Of a DNA stretch of 64,000 nucleotides, positions 61,918 through 64,000 are shown piece after piece. The position numbers and the translations under genes are program-made. Within the stretch, counting starts at the first letter, position 1. Each line of letters begins with the position of its first letter. This DNA is from Pseudomonadota bacterium (GTDB lineage Bacteria; Pseudomonadota; Gammaproteobacteria; Burkholderiales; Usitatibacteraceae), in the NCBI GenBank assembly GCA_029781595.1, contig JAKOWJ010000280.1:7042-71041 (forward strand), in the 5' to 3' direction. The notes beneath the pieces are model-generated. The model did no database searches. It saw nothing but the letters and a program-made list of their open reading frames with translations, and was not told where the DNA came from.

Positions 61918-62055
61918 GGAAGCGGGCGGGAGGCGCGGGTTACACTTCGGGATCGCCGAGGCGGGGGGGCTCGGCCCGCCGTCCCGGCGGCCACCACGAT
62001 CGTGCGGTCTCCCCGTCCGCGCATTCTACCTACAACAGGCGCCCGATCCCCCACC

Positions 62056-62247
62056 ATGTCGACCGCACCCGCCCCCGCCCCCTATCGCACCTGGATGTGC
62101 CTGGTCTGCGGCTTCGTCTACGACGAGGCGGCGGGCCTTCCCGACGACGGCATCGCCCCCGGCACCCGCTGGGAGGACGTGCCGGCCAACTGGAACTGCC
62201 CGGAGTGCGGCGCCCGCAAGGACGATTTCGAGATGGTCGAGATCTGA
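62056..62247 (+). CDS. Rubredoxin
   Basis: [10 protein letters not shown]...[14 protein letters not shown]. Confidence 0.95.
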   Translation: MSTAPAPAPYRTWMCLVCGFVYDEAAGLPDDGIAPGTRWEDVPANWNCPECGARKDDFEMVEI

Positions 62248-62464
62248 AGATTACAACTGCAACAATTCGAAATCGCTTCAAGTTGCAGCGCTTGAGTCTT
62301 GTTTTAATTGAACGTATGGCATAGGCTACGACGGCCTAGCGAGCAGCCGCCCCAGAAGCGGCTCCGCCGGGGAGGCCCGGCTCGTCGTATCGTCACGCGT
62401 GCGGCTCGTCCGCGGCGCGGACGCATGGCTTCGGCGCCTTGGAAAAGAGAATTTCGAGGAAGGC

Positions 62465-62866
62465 GTGGCTGAGACCAAGACCCTTGCCGGCGTGCGCGTG
62501 ATGGTGATCGACGACAGCAACACGATCCGTCGAAGCGCCGAGATATTCCTCATGCAGGCCGGCTGCCAGGTGATCCTCGCCGAGAACGGCTTCGACGCCC
62601 TGGCCAAGATCGCCGACCACGCCCCCGACCTCATCTTCGTGGACATCATGATGCCGAGGCTCGACGGCTACCAGACCTGCGCGCTCATCAAGAAGAGCGG
62701 AAAGCACCACGCGACGCCGGTGGTCATGCTCTCGTCCAAGGACAGCCTGTTCGACCGCGCGCGCGGCCGGATGGTGGGGTCCGACGAGTACCTCACGAAG
62801 CCGTTCACGAAGGAGAGCCTGCTGCGGGCGGTGGAGACGCACCTCGCGCACCGCAGCCCGGCCTGA
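62465..62866 (+). CDS. pilG: Twitching-motility response regulator PilG (GTG start)
   Basis: MVIDDSNTIRRSAE, DGYQTCALIK, SSKDSLFDRARG. Confidence 0.93.
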   Translation: MAETKTLAGVRVMVIDDSNTIRRSAEIFLMQAGCQVILAENGFDALAKIADHAPDLIFVDIMMPRLDGYQTCALIKKSGKHHATPVVMLSSKDSLFDRARGRMVGSDEYLTKPFTKESLLRAVETHLAHRSPA

Positions 62867-62900
62867 CGCAACGCGAATTCACGTTACGGAGCACTAGCCA

Positions 62901-63266
62901 ATGCCGATCAAGAAAGTCATGGTGGTGGACGATTCCCCCACGGAGCGCGCCTACCTCGAGAACCTCCTGAAGAAGAAGGGCTTCGACGTCCTGCTGGTCG
63001 ACAGCGGCGAGGCGGCCATCGAGCGCGCCAAGACGGATGCGCCCGATCTCATCCTGATGGACGTGGTGATGCCCGGCCTGAACGGCTTCCAGGCCACGCG
63101 GGCCATCACGCGCGACGAGGCGACCAAGCACATCCCCGTCATCATCTGCACGACGAAGGACCAGGAGACGGACAAGATCTGGGGGCTGCGCCAGGGGGCC
63201 AAGGACTACGTGACCAAGCCCATCAACGAGGCCGACCTGATCGACAAGATCAAGTCCTTCGGCTGA
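62901..63266 (+). CDS. pilH: Twitching-motility response regulator PilH
   Basis: DDSPTE, NGFQATR, TKDQETDKIWGLRQGA. Confidence 0.94.
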   Translation: MPIKKVMVVDDSPTERAYLENLLKKKGFDVLLVDSGEAAIERAKTDAPDLILMDVVMPGLNGFQATRAITRDEATKHIPVIICTTKDQETDKIWGLRQGAKDYVTKPINEADLIDKIKSFG

Positions 63267-63280
63267 CACGGGCGCACGCC

Positions 63281-63796
63281 GTGGCCCGACGCACGAGCCT
63301 TCGCGAGTTCCAGATCTCGGTAGCCGAGCGGCTGCGCACCGCCTCGACCCGGGCGGCGCTCGCCTCGGCCCTCGGATTCCAGGTCGGGCGCGACAACTGG
63401 TTCGTGGCGCTGCACCAGGTGAGCGAGGTGATCCCGGTGCCGGGCATCGAGGAGGTGCCCCTCACGCAGCCCTGGTTCCGCGGCGTGGCGAACGTGCGCG
63501 GCAAGCTCTACGGCATCGCGGACTTCAGCGCCTTCCAGTCGGGCGAGGCCATCGCGCCGGGCCCCGAGCGCCGGGTGATCCTGCTGGCCGACCGCCTGGT
63601 GGGCGGCGCGGGCCTGCTCGTGAGCCGCATGCTGGGCCTGCGCAATCCCGAGCATTTCACCCCCGCGCCGCGCCCCGAGCAGAGCCCCGCCTGGGTGAGC
63701 GCCGTCCATCGGGACGCCGCCGGCGCCGAATGGCACGAGCTCGACCTCGCACAGCTGGCGAAGGAACGCCGCTTCCTGGAGGTCGGCCGGCACTAG
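63281..63796 (+). CDS. pilI: CheW-like protein PilI
   Basis: VPLTQPWFRGVANVRG; follows pilH. Confidence 0.9.
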   Translation: MARRTSLREFQISVAERLRTASTRAALASALGFQVGRDNWFVALHQVSEVIPVPGIEEVPLTQPWFRGVANVRGKLYGIADFSAFQSGEAIAPGPERRVILLADRLVGGAGLLVSRMLGLRNPEHFTPAPRPEQSPAWVSAVHRDAAGAEWHELDLAQLAKERRFLEVGRH

Positions 63797-63845
63797 GGCG
63801 ATGCCCGGCGCCGCCGACCGCCCCCCAAGCCGCACGGAGAACACC

Positions 63846-64000
63846 ATGGCAAAAGCTCCCGCCGCAAAACCCAAGTCCTCGTTCGCGGACTTCTTCCGGC
63901 GACTCGGTTCGCCGAAGCCGAAGGCGGCCGCTCGGACCGCCGCGGCCGCGTCCTCGACGATGACCAACCTGCCGGCCGCCGGCGGGCCCGAGACGCGGCC
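63846..64000 (+). CDS. Probable start of the methyl-accepting chemotaxis protein PilJ (partial)
   Basis: GGAG RBS, ATG at 63846, open to the window end. Identity rests on pilGHIJ synteny only. Confidence 0.55.
   Translation, partial: MAKAPAAKPKSSFADFFRRLGSPKPKAAARTAAAASSTMTNLPAAGGPETR

Overview
GC-rich chromosomal segment around the replication origin of a betaproteobacterium. The lineage is inferred from gene order: dnaA-dnaN-gyrB without recF, def-fmt-htpX-rsmB-DUF4390-ntrY/ntrX-like, and pilMNOPQ-aroKB. Order along the window: partial glmS, a CHASE2-only membrane protein with a divergent Crp/Fnr regulator, glmU, the atp operon, parB-parA-rsmG-mnmG, two parS sites, mnmE-yidC-yidD-rnpA-rpmH, dnaA/oriC/dnaN/gyrB, topA-dprA-LysM, def-fmt-htpX-rsmB, a two-component system, a peptide ABC transporter with two Zn-amidohydrolases, aroB/aroK, pilQPONM, mrcA, hemB, yihA, cytochrome c4, a GGDEF protein, hemL-thiE-thiD, rubredoxin and pilGHI plus the probable start of pilJ. 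No rRNA, tRNA, CRISPR array, IS or prophage was seen. Most of the window is housekeeping. The unexplained signals are mostly non-coding: three candidate small RNAs (upstream of glmS, upstream of glmU, and antisense to the yihA 3' end), a CHASE2/Crp module splitting glmU from glmS, and a 44-bp covarying hairpin present twice. All calls were made by eye from motifs and synteny, with no database search. Start codons were adjusted from the ORF track where a better start was visible.
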